Below, piece after piece: positions 14,154 to 25,847 of a stretch of DNA of 64,000 bases. The stretch spans positions 118,048,001 to 118,112,000 of the forward strand of contig CM059430.1 of NCBI GenBank assembly GCA_030390025.1, in the 5' to 3' direction. The stretch's first letter is position 1, and every line of letters starts with the position of its first letter. The position numbers and the translations under genes were made by a program. The notes under the pieces were generated by a model, which did no database searches, was not told where the DNA came from, and was given only the letters and a program-made list of their open reading frames with translations. The DNA is from Squalus acanthias (Eukaryota).

Positions 14154-14334
14154 CTTCTTTTCTATCAACTTGTGGTCCTCTTCTTCTTCCTCCTCTTCCG
14201 AACACTCTTCAGCCATTTTGGGGAGGTCCTTCATCTTGTTCAACAGCTCGGCCTTGGCAGCGGATGTGCTATAGTAGGTGGAGCAAGACGTTGAGCTAAC
14301 CATTGATGTTGGGGAGGTGGCCTGTACAGTACCC
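14154..14334 (-). CDS. SHROOM4: SHROOM4-like ASD2 exon (181 nt, phase 2 to 0), not in the ORF track on this strand
   Basis: Acceptor ttcttttgcag-like and donor AAG|gtaatg. Encodes CSTYYSTSAAKAELLNKMKDLPKMAEECSEEEEEEEDHKLIEKK. Confidence 0.92.
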
Positions 14335-14359
14335 CTGCAAAGAATATAGAGCCAGTTAT

Positions 14360-15135
14360 CACGTTCCTCTATTGATTACACTTTTAATGATTTCCCATTG
14401 TTTTTCTGTCTCTTTGTTTTTCAAGATTTCCTCCCAGTTTACCTTCTTTTGTTCCACCCTCATTTCCTTATAATTTGCTCTTTTCAAATCTATTACCTTA
14501 GTCTTTGTCCTACTTATGTCACTCTCGATCCTAATCTTGAACCTTACTATGTTGTGATTACTACTACCAAGATGCTCTCCTACTCTTACATCTATCTGTT
14601 CTGGTTCATTACCCATTACAAGATCCAGCAGTGATTCTTTGCTTGTTGGACTTCTTACGTACTGACTGAGAAAGGAGTCCTGTATACACTAAAAACTCAA
14701 TTCCCTTTTCTCCTTTCGCTACTTCTTCCTGCCAGTTTATTTGGAGGTAGTTGAAATCTCCCATGATTATTATTCTATGCCCCCTTGTAGATTTGCCTAT
14801 ATATTTTTTCTTCCAATTCCCTTCCACTATTTGGTGGTCCATAGTATACCCCTATTAGGGTAATGGATTCCTCCTTGTCTTTTAACTCAATCAATATGGA
14901 TTCTGTATCCATCTTACTGCTAGTTACACATACTTTTTTTCAAATTGCCATTATATTATCTTTAACTAGTCCACCTCCCATCCTTCCTTCCCTTTCCTTC
15001 CTAAATATGTTATATCCTGCAATATTTAGTTGCCAATCCCGTTTTCTATGTAGTCATATTTCAGTCATCCCTACTATATCCAGATCCTCTCTACAAATTA
15101 TTGCCTCCAGTTAATTTTGTTTTGAATATTACATA
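14360..15135 (-). mobile_element. CR1 LINE ORF2 fragment, AP-endonuclease region (frameshifted)
   Basis: Translated motifs IIIMGDFNYLQINWQ and EHLGSSNHNIVRFKI...DLKRANYKEMR. Confidence 0.8.
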
Positions 15136-17479
15136 CAGTACCAACAGTTTAAAATACATCCACAGCACAGTGTTTGGGGATAAACCAAAAAAAAAAATCA
15201 CAGATGCATGTGTTCTACCATCATATCAATAAGATTTTGCTGTGAGGCATAGATGATTTAAAAGACCAGCATTTTCAGTTACCAGGCTGATACTGACTTA
15301 TTTGAGAGACTGATATATATGGGACTGATTGACAGTGCATTAGCGGTATGAGATACAGCAATTTCAATTACAGGCTACAGTTCTCTCTGTGCTAGCTGCA
15401 AACAATCTAATTTAAATCAGTACAGGCAGTCTCACCCTTCTTTTACTTGGCATAGCTCCACAACACAAAATACTGCCCAGAATTCAGCACCAATTGGCAC
15501 ACATCGTCAGGCTCACTCAGAGGGACCAGAAAATGGCACGCACAAAAAATGAAAATACTATTTGGGTGCAGCTTGGGGGTCCTCCTTTGAGGTTACGATA
15601 TAAGCAACTTTTATGCAGTATAAGGGTAAATTGCTTTGCATCTAACCACTGGCAACAGCTATCCCTTCTGGTACATCACTCAAGTAGCCAATGTTTATAT
15701 ACGAGCCTATATAGTGTATACAGTGAATGTCGGTAGTCTATTTGATGTCCATATCCAGGGGTCCAATCAAAAGCAGTAACCCTAAACGATATTTCCCCCC
15801 CCCCCCCGCTCCAACCCAAGGGTTCTGAGGCCAACTGTGGTGCTCCAACTAGTGCTGTCGTTGTTTGCAGCTAACTAAGCACAGACTGGGAGTAAAACCT
15901 GTGACTCTTAGGTTTGCTACCAGCCAGTAGTGGGTACAAGCCCACCTCTGACCTTTCCCCCAAGCCGCTGGTACGTTCTGCTCTGATGGCTCACATCTCC
16001 CATGCGTTCTGACACAGGGTGAATTAAGCAGAAAACTAGACAACAGGTCAGAGTCCAAAGAACATGTTTTCAAAATGCAGAGAAATAACTTTGTTGGCCA
16101 CTTGTTAAATATTACCAAGGAAACATATCCCCAGGATCCAGAACAGTCTCTGTAGGGGGCTTAGGCTTTACTAATAACTTTCTCATGATATTTCTGGCAA
16201 GTGTAGTGGTGTGTCCTGCAATTGATTTAGGTCCCTCCTGCTGGTACATAATATGTGCACACAAGAATAGAAAAAAATTAAGAGGACAGCAAATTTATCC
16301 GGTGTGTAGCTGGGCCATACGGAGGAGCAAGATCCTGAGTTCGAATCCCAGTAGCTGTACTGAGCTAGTTGATCTCAGCAGAGGTAGTGGTACTGACCTC
16401 AGCGCTACTACCTTGTCCCGCCCCCAATCCTCAGATTAGGAAAGGAAAACAAAAAAAATTCAGCCAGGGTTCCTGCTTATGATTGCTGTTCAGCAATCTC
16501 TGCTGGAAGTGCATACATGTGGACAGGATTGGGCTCAACTGTGATTCCTCCAGCAGTCGACTAGCCCATCAGTGCTCACTCATGAAGAATGACCACGAGG
16601 ACAAGGTACTTGAGTGCCCGTTGTCTATGGAACTGTATCCCAGTAATGAGTCTGCAAAGAGGGCAGAGGAACTCCTCTCAAAGGGCTGATAAACAGCCTG
16701 CTCCTAGGCTTCTACCTGCACTGTATTCAAGCCAGCTGCTACTGGGTGCTGAAGAGATACCCAAGAACAACCTTCTCTGATTTCCCCAACCCCCTCACTG
16801 GTATTTTTCAAACTACCAGAGGGATCAGAAGAAATGGAGGAAACTTGTATAGTCCCTATCCGCAAGCAAAAACAAAGGAGCAAGTGTTTGTTGAAGAGGC
16901 AAATAGGGCTATTGTACAACTTCTCCAGCTTCTGGAAATATCCTGACCCACAAGAGGATTTTCCACCTAGGAGGGTGAAATGCGAGATGACAGAGGCTCT
17001 TTGTCACTATGTTGTCTATCTCAGCTAAATGCAGAGCTGAGAGAGTAATCTAATGATCCAAACACCAGTAAGCTAGTAGAAACGGATTTTAGCAAAGGGA
17101 GCAGGAGCAGATCTTCCTTCTGCCCCCATACTGATGTAGTGAACCATTTTGTGGTATCCAACAATAACATACCAGTTTGTCCTGTATTATGGTCTGGAAG
17201 TATTCCAAAGCTAGCCTTACTGTCTTAAGTTCCAATGTGTCAAGTTGACTGCTGTATCATCCTGACTGCTTGCTCGGAGCCCCGTTCTCTTGCTCATTTA
17301 GAGGTGCTCTGCCCTGTAACTTCGGTTAATAGTGGGAGATTGCTCTGTAGTACATTCCTTCAATAACCACCATGTGTATTTAAGTGGTTGAGGCCCAGTC
17401 AATCCTTACTGGTTAGGAAAGGAGAGGCTATGTGGGGAGATGACTGACTAAGCAGGTTTAGCTGAAGTGGTCAGGTACT

Positions 17480-18635
17480 ACAGAATGATAGAAGATTGCA
17501 GCACAGGAGACCATTCAGCCTATCATGTCTGCGCTAGCTCTTTGCTAAAGCAATCCAAAACTAATCCCATTGCCCGCACTCTCCCCATAGTCCTGTATCT
17601 TCCTCGGCTTCAAATATTTATCCAGTTTTCCTCTGAATGATACAATGGCCTCTGCTGGAACCACTCTGTGGTAAAACATCTCACACTCCAACAATCCTGT
17701 GTAAAGAAATTTCTCCTAACCCCTCTCCTCACTTTCTTAGTCATGATGCGGAGATGCCGGTGTTGGACTGGGGTGGACAAAAATGAGAAGTCGCACAACA
17801 CCAGGTTATAGTCCAACAGTTTTATTTGAACACTTTCTTAGTGACTATTTTAAATTTATGACCCTTTATCACCGACTCCCCACCCAGAGGGAATAGTCTT
17901 TCCCTATTCACTATCAAAATCTTTCATTATTTTAAATGCCTATATTAAATTTCCTCTTAGCCTTCTCTGTTCCAATGCAAATTGTCCTAGTACCTCAAGT
18001 CTCCCTTCATAACTGTAGCTTCCAAGTTTTGGCATCATCCTGTGAATCTATGGCTTTAATATTTTTTCTATATTGGGCTACCAAAACTGCACACAGTACT
18101 CTAACTGCAGCATAACCATTTTGTACCAATTTATTACTTCTTTACTTTTGCACTTTATGCCCCTATTTGTAAAACTGATTAATATCCACACCTTTCAGCA
18201 TCTTTCCATTGAGTGTACAGTCCCATTCCTTGTTTTTCCTACCAAAATGCATTACCTTATACTTCTCTACATTAAATTGCATCTTCCAGCTATCCATTAA
18301 CTTATCTCTGTCTTCCTAAACTCCCTACTTTTGCATCATCAGCAAATTTCAAGATTGTGCTTCCTAGACCCAAGTCCAAATCTTCTATACACAAGGACAA
18401 ATGTGGACCCAGCACTGCCCCCTCGATACATCGATTCCAACCCTTCTCCAATCCAAGCAAAACTTATCCTGTTTTCTGACCAACTAACTTTCTATCCATG
18501 CTAATACATTTGCTCTTATACCATATGCCTGATTTTTTCTAACAAGCCTCTCGAGACACCTTATCATGTGCCTTCTGAAAATCTTTATACACCACATCTT
18601 CTGCATTCACTTTATTTAACCATTCAGTCACTTCT
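17480..18635 (-). mobile_element. Degenerate CR1 LINE 3' fragment
   Basis: Has a CR1 tail (cagcacaggagaccattcagcc), an RRNFFTQ motif, a YCVQFW-type motif and an RT FADD remnant. Confidence 0.75.
17742..17830 (-). mobile_element. Short Penelope-like terminal fragment inserted in the CR1
   Basis: 12-bp TSD cactttcttagt at 17730-17741 and 17831-17842. Family assignment is from recollection. Confidence 0.65.
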
Positions 18636-21328
18636 TCAAAACAGGCTGTTGCTGGGAACTATAAAAATAGCTGCTAAAAGTAGTAAACAACATTTTGTTA
18701 GGATCCACAACCCTTCTTGGAAAGAGGAATTTAGATCCCCCAGTACTATAAACCAATCTGAAGGTAGAAAAACCTTCTGCTGGGTTATACAGAACAATAT
18801 CCCTAAAAATATTGGTTCCTGCCGGATTGTAGCTCGATTTTCGTGCAATTGACCATAAATTCTAATCTTTGGACTGTATCATACAGCTGTGCTGGCAGAT
18901 CCCAAGCATGGGGCTCTGAGGAGTCAGTTGTCCAGGTAAGGATATTCATGGAGATGCTGCATCCTGAGATATGCCTGGAGTGTGGACAGGTACTTTGGGG
19001 AAATCCTAGGTGCTGAGAAGAGGTTGAAAGGGAGTATCCTATACTGATAACTTTACCTTGAAGCTGCATCTGAGGACCTCCCGGTCAGGTTGTTATATGG
19101 AAGTCTCCATCATTTAGGTCTATGATCGAAAGTGCAAAGCCAAGCTCATTTTGAGATAACTTTTATGATTTATGGCTTTGAAGGCCTCCCATGCTTGCTG
19201 AGGGAGATACTTACACTTTGGTTTAATTAACAGAGGGAGTATAATTCAAAGGTTAGCTGGTGCCAACCAACAATAGAAATGCGTCAGCAATAGTCTTCTT
19301 AACAGTGTCAGGAACTCTCTGAGCTGCACCTAACCGAGAGTCTATTACTAGACTGATAATTACCTCCTTGGAAGTATTGGATGTAATCTGCCCTTGATTC
19401 AGATGGAACGCGATGCTAATGATTTTTAGGTGCAGTTGGTGCACGGTTTTCTCTGGAGTGATGCAATTTTAGTAGAGATGAACTCTTGGTAATGAGGAGT
19501 GTAAAAGGTTCCTGGGCACTGGTCGATGCCATTTTCCAATGCTGCCGAGTCTCTGGTACTATGCTGGTGTTTACTTGCCATCAATCAGTGCAAAATGTGT
19601 GTGTTTAGTAACATCCAAGTGTAGATGGATTTCTTAAGATTTGATGTGCTGGTCTGTTATGTTCTGAATAATATGGGAAACAGTGCCGCCATTCCTTATA
19701 GGTGCGCTTAATGAACCCAAGACAAATTTAGTAAGTTGTGTTTAGGTACAAATATTTTATATGATAATGAGCATCAGTGATCTTGAATGGACTTTTGCAC
19801 TTTGATGGTATTTTGGATTAAAACCCAAATGAACTTTGCTTGTTCCAAATTGTGACTTGAATTTTATCTTGACAAGGTTAGGCAGGAGCACCTCAAAGGA
19901 GGGGGGGGACAAAAGCTCACACTTAAGCTTAGCCACCTGGCCAATTATATTCCATTTGGGCAAGGTAGGTGCTCTGCTACTGCATCTGCAGAGAGTGGAA
20001 AATCAGGCCAGTGACCCCCCTAACCCATTCTTGTGCACCTCCTGCCAATTGGTTTCTGAATGGATGTGACAGGAACAGGACCCTAATCCTATTCATCCTG
20101 CCAAAGAAGCTGCGTAGCTTGGGAACTTTTTTAAAAAAGGGATCAAATTAAATGGCAAAGGAGGAGGAGAGGAGAAAAGAACTGCTCAGTAAAGATCAGA
20201 TAGGGCAGGAGAGTAGTGAACACGTGGAGAGAGAAGTAGTAAGACCCACCACTACCGTGGATGAGCTACTTTACTTTTTGACTACAGTTAGTTGCCAAGT
20301 GGGGATCAACACCCCTGCGCAGAGCACTTCCATCGCACTGAGCCCGATAAAAGTAACGAGTTTTTACATCAATCTGGATTACATATTTTTTTGTTCATTT
20401 TTAAAATATTTGCACTCCACAGGCTGCATTATAGTCAGCCTCAGTAGTGTAAATGCTCTTCAGATCTCATTGCTAACTGGAACAGTTGAACAATAATAAA
20501 AATAAAAATTGCAAATTGTGGAAATACAGATTTGAATCTATTTGCCAAGTAAAAGTGAATTGTAGTCATTCTGCAGCACAAAAGAAGGAGACTGGTAAGT
20601 GATGTTCTTTGAGAGGAAGGGTGGGGAGGGAAGGTTAATAAATGCTTCAGTGCTTCCAGGAAGCTAAAAGTTCCACTGGAAGCTGACTGCATCGCCATCT
20701 GTTCCAGTGTCCAAGTGCACCTGAACTTACAACATTGAGAAACATCCACATCTGTCCCTGAGTAACTATATCGTCCATTTAGATGTATGGAAGCACTTTT
20801 GTAGCATCTATAGTGCACATTTGGGGCTGGATTAAAGAGGCACCATGTGAAATATAACTGGTTAAATAAAATTCACATTGCAAAGCTGCCCATATTTCAG
20901 CTCTAAATTGGGCCATAAGTATGGCTGAGGTGGGAAATGGAAGTATGATCCTACCAATTTTACCAAGCCTCTTGCTGAGGTATGGTTTCACAGGTGCCAG
21001 CATTACTCTGGTACCTTGCCCAAGTGGCTATTTTTCCTGTGGATGCCCATTCTACCAAGGGAAGAGAATCACAGCCGAACCCAAACCTGTCCTCATCCAA
21101 CATCTAGAAGCACACACTTACTTTTCTGGCTCACTGGACACTAATCAGGAGTAGGAACTCGGCCTGATTTTTTCCTTTTGTAACCCAGGATCATGGAGGC
21201 CAATTGTTGTGCCGCAATTGCTGCCTAGAGTGAGATTAGCTAACTCAGCATAGACTGGGGATTGGACTTGGATCTTAACAACTTCAAATAACATTACATG
21301 GAATCTGTAAGATCAAGAGGAGACTTAC

Positions 21329-21847
21329 TTCTCCTGGTTAACATTCAGGCTCAGCTGTAGTGGATTCCGTTTCTTGCGCTCACGTGCCCGTGACAGTTCC
21401 TCTTTGCTTTCCGGAAAGATTCCACCCATCAAGTCCACAGCACTCTTCATCTTCGAGTTAGGATCCAGAATGTCTGCCAGAGACCGGTCTTTCCCTGCAA
21501 TGTCTCTCACCAGCTCCTCCGAAGTCAGCTCGATGGGAGTTCTGCTCTTCACATCTGAACAGCACCTCACAGTCTCAATCCCCTCACCAGGATCCTGAGA
21601 GGGGCTTTTGATGGTGTTTCTCTGTGGTTTGGTGACAGGTTTTATGTAAATCTCAGAATCTTCCCACCTCTCGTCCTGTCTGCTGATAATACTAAAGTAC
21701 GACTCCCCGCATCTCTGACAGCCCAGATCCACATCATTCTTTGTAGATGGCACGTTGCATGGGAGATAGTGTCGGTCTCCTTCAAAGGGCCAGTTTTTTC
21801 CACCTCTGGATGTCATCTCCCCCATTGGATCTATTAATTTTCGAGTT
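21329..21847 (-). CDS. SHROOM4: Shroom exon carrying the N-terminal ASD2 motif (519 nt, phase 2 to 2)
   Basis: Acceptor tgtttccttag and donor AA|gtaagt. Encodes SEELVRDIAGKDRSLADILDPNSKMKSAVDLMGGIFP. Confidence 0.85.
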
Positions 21848-22359
21848 CTAAGGAAACAGAAATTAATACTAGATGATGCTGCACACTAACGACCTCTGAA
21901 CTCGTGCTTTTCAACTAAGCTGCTGAGATGCAATTGAAAGATCAGTAGCACCAGACATATACGATAAAGCTCTGTGTAGGGGAGACCACGGAAATCACCA
22001 ATGGGACATCATCAGCCTCACAAAAGGAAGAGATTCATTGGCTGCTGGTTGGGACACATTCTATTTATGCACATTTAAAATTAGGATTTTGGAGCTCTTC
22101 AAAATTGTGCAATTCTGAGCCACACAAAAATGGAAGGTTCCAGGTTTGATCCATTATATGTATTGAATTAGTTAATCTAAGCTGGGCCAGTGTTAAGACA
22201 CTACAATTGGTCCCAATGCCCACAGGCTGTAGCAGGGGGTTGGGGCAAAAGAAACAGAAAAAAGTAGCTCGGATTCCTGCTCCTAATCGTGGTCTAGTAA
22301 CCATTGTTGGAAGATGTACGTCTGTGGACACTGAGTGAAACACAATTGAGCTCAGCAAT

Positions 22360-22772
22360 AATCATAGAATCATAGAATGATACAGCACAGAAGGAGGCCA
22401 TTTGGCCCATCGTGCCTGTGCCAGATCTTTGAAAGAGCTATCCAATTAGTCCCACTGCCCCGCACTTTCCCCATAGCCCTGCAGATTTTTCCCCTCAAGT
22501 ATTTATCCAATTCGCTTTTGCAAGTTATTATTGAATCTGATTCCACCACCCCCTTTCAGGTAGTTCATTCCAGATCATCATAACTTGCTGTGTAAATTTT
22601 TTTTCCTCATGTTGCCTCTGGTTCTTTTGTCAATAAACCTTAAATCTGTGACCTCTGGTTACCGACTCTTCTGCCACTGGAATCACTTTCTCCTTATTTA
22701 CTCTATCAAAACCCATCATGATTTTGAACACCTCTATTAAATCTCCCCTTAACCTTCTCTGCTCTAAGGAGA
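22360..22772 (-). mobile_element. CR1 LINE 3' end nested in a SINE
   Basis: (atcataga)n terminal repeat followed by cagcacagaaggaggccatttggccc. SINE sequence resumes on both sides. Confidence 0.8.
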
Positions 22773-23494
22773 GTTGAATCGCCTGCTAATACTCACTGTC
22801 TAGGCTCACACAACAAGGTACCACAGTGCCCATGGGTCGTACCCAGCATGAGCTAGCATCAGAAACTGGGTGGGTGGGCCGGGGGGGGGGGAGGAAAATC
22901 ACCTTAAAACATTTTATGATTTGTGTGTGTGTTACTCAAGCTCAGTGCTGAAGAATTACATATTTTTCTACTTTTAGGCACACAGTATCAGCATCACGCG
23001 CTCCCAAGTCAGCTACAGCACGAGTCAGATTCAGCTCCTTCTGCCCTAGCCCATCAATGGAAAATGGCAGTCACTCTAGTGGTCTGTCTTATGCCCTTTC
23101 AGGGAGCCAGATTCAGAATTGGACCGATAGTCCTGGGAACAAGTTTCTTGTCACTCTCAGCTATCAGGAGACTCAATGGGTAAAAGTATATTAGGGATTA
23201 CAAACCCTCAAAAATAATTACATTTCAATTTATATCAAACTCAGTAATCTACCAGAGAGAGATGATGAACTTTTTACTCTCCTCCTCAAAATGTTAAATC
23301 ATCAAAAACGCTGCTCCTGCATGAACACTCAACATTAAACTAGCCCTTGAAACATAGTTCCTTTATGTCTTGCAAGGTAGTACTCGATCATTGAGTTGCT
23401 TACCCAGATCTCATCTCTACTGGATTCAGACTGGTGTGTTCATGCAACATTGCTCAAAATATACCTTTAAAATCCTTTAAAGATATCTCAGAAC

Positions 23495-23730
23495 AAAAAG
23501 ACACAGGAACAGGAGTAGGCCATTCAGCCCCTCAAGCCTATTCCACTATTTAATTTAATCATGGTTGATCTGTACCTCAACTCCCATTACCCGCCTTTGA
23601 TTCATATCCCTCGATAGCCTTACCTAACAAAAATCTATCAATCACAGTCTTGAAAATTTCAATTGACCAAGCATCCACAGCTTTTTGGGGCAGAGAATTC
23701 CAGATTTTCACTACCCTGGGTGTGCAAAAG
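23495..23730 (-). mobile_element. CR1 LINE 3' tail fragment
   Basis: aggaacaggagtaggccattcagcccctc tail, similar to the copy at 24343. Confidence 0.75.
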
Positions 23731-24342
23731 TGCTTCTTTGTCCTCATTTACAAGTCACTCCACGGCCCCACCGCACCAGCCCCAGCCACCTTCTCTACCC
23801 CTACATTCCAGCTCACACCCTCCATTCTTTCATCTCTGGCCTACTGTGTTCAACCCACCCCCTTCACTCCCCACGGAATTCTCTTAGTCAATTTCCACAT
23901 TGCCATATTTGTCCCCCACCATCCAAAGCCTCATCAAAATCTCTCTCTTAAACTACACCATCTGTCACCTCTCTTAACTCTTCCTAACTCCTGTTTGGTG
24001 ACATTTATTCTCCCTCCCTGCACCCCTCCTTTTGTAAAGCCTCTTGGGGCACTAACTGGTGTGTCAATGGTGTGTGCAAATCATGGAGGTAACATTTTGT
24101 TGTAAACATAAAATGAAAAATAAGGTTTTCTACTTTGTGTTACCTCCAAATTCTCCCTCCCCCACCAAAGGTGCTGACCCCTGGGATACAGTTCCATGGG
24201 CATTGGCAACCTTCCATTACCATACCATGTCTATTCTGCATGTGTGAGCCTAGACAGTGCTGTTTGATTGTGGAGGATATCAGAACCGAGCTCAATTCTG
24301 TCCTCATCCTATAACCACACACACACCTGCAGCAGGAGTCAC

Positions 24343-25847
24343 AGGAACATAGGAACAGGAGTAGGCCATTTAGCCCCTCGAGCCTCTTCCACTATTCAAT
24401 GAGATCATGGCTGATCTGCGACCTAACCGCCTTTGCCCCATATCCCTTAATATCTTTGGTTAACAAAAATCTATCAATCTCAGATTTAAAATTAACAATT
24501 GATCTAGCATCAATTGCCGTTTGTGGAAGAGTGTTCCAAACTTCTACCACCCTGTGTGTAGAAGTGTTTCCTAATTTCACTCCTGAAAGATCTGGCTCTA
24601 ATTTTTAGACTATGCTCCCTCGTCCTAGACTCCCCAACCAGCGGAAATAGTTTCTCTCTATCTACCCTATCTGTTCCCCTTAATATCTTGAAAACTTCGA
24701 TCAAATCACCCCTTAACCTTCTAAATTACAACCCTAATTTGTGTAATCTCTCCTCGTAATTTAACCCTTGGAGTCCAGGTATCATTCTGGTAAACCTATG
24801 CTGCACTCCCTCCAAGGCCAATATATCCTTCCTAAGGTGTGGTGCCCAGAACTGAACACAGTACTCCAGGTGTGGTCTAACCAGGGCTTTGTATAGCTAC
24901 AGCATAACTTCTACCCACTTGTATTCTAGTCCTCTAGATATAAAGGCCAGCATTCCATTAGCCTTTTTAATTATTTTCTGTACCTGTTCATGACATTTTA
25001 ATGATCTATGTACCTGGACCCCCAAGTCTCTTTGGACCTCCACTGTTTTTAGCTTTTCACCATTTAGAAAGTACCCTGTTTTATCCTTTTTAGGTCCAAA
25101 GTGGATGACCTCACATTTGCCTACATTGAAATCTATTTGCCACAGTTTTGCCTATTCACTTAATCTATCAATATCCCTTTGTAATTTTATGCTTTTATCT
25201 ACACTGCCTACTATCTTTGTGTCATCGGCAAATTTGGATATGTGGTTTTCTATCCCATCATCCAAGTCGTTAATAAATACTGTGAATAGTTGAGGCCCCA
25301 ACACAGATCCCTGTGGGACACCACTAGTCACAACCTGCCAATTAGAGTACCTGCCTATTATCCCTACTCTGTCTCCTGCTGCTCAGCCAATTTCCTAATC
25401 AATAATTTGCCTTCAATTCCATGGGCTTCAACTTTGGTTAACAGTCTCTTATGAGGGACTTTTATCAAATGCCTTCTGCAGGTCCATATAAATAACATCC
25501 ATAGACATTCCACTGTCCACTACTTTAGTAACCTCTTCAAAAAATTCAATCAGGTTCATCTGGCATGACCTACCTGTTACAAATCCATACTGGCAATCTC
25601 TGATCAGCTGAAAATATTCAAGGTGTTCAGTCACCCTGTCCTTAATTATAGACTCTAGTAATTTCCCGACAACAGATGTTAGGCTAACTGGTCTATAATT
25701 CCCTAGTTTCCCTCTCTCGCCATTCTTAAATAGCGGACATGCGCTATTTTCCAATCTAAAGGAACAATTCCTGAATCGAGAGAACTTTGGAAGATTACAG
25801 TTAGGGCATCTGCAATGTGCTCACCTACTTCCTTTAAAATGTTGGGC
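24343..25847 (-). mobile_element. 5'-truncated CR1 LINE (RT region to 3' tail)
   Basis: Motifs NYRPVSLTSVVGKLLESII, DVIYMDLQKAFDK and IEVFKILRG. 6-bp TSD agtcac (24337-24342, 25848-25853) splits a SINE. Confidence 0.9.

Noticed and set aside
13837-14274. + strand ORFs overlapping the Shroom exons (also 13568-13894, 11586-11771, 21374-21598, 43714-44007)
   Set aside because: Antisense shadows of real minus-strand exons.
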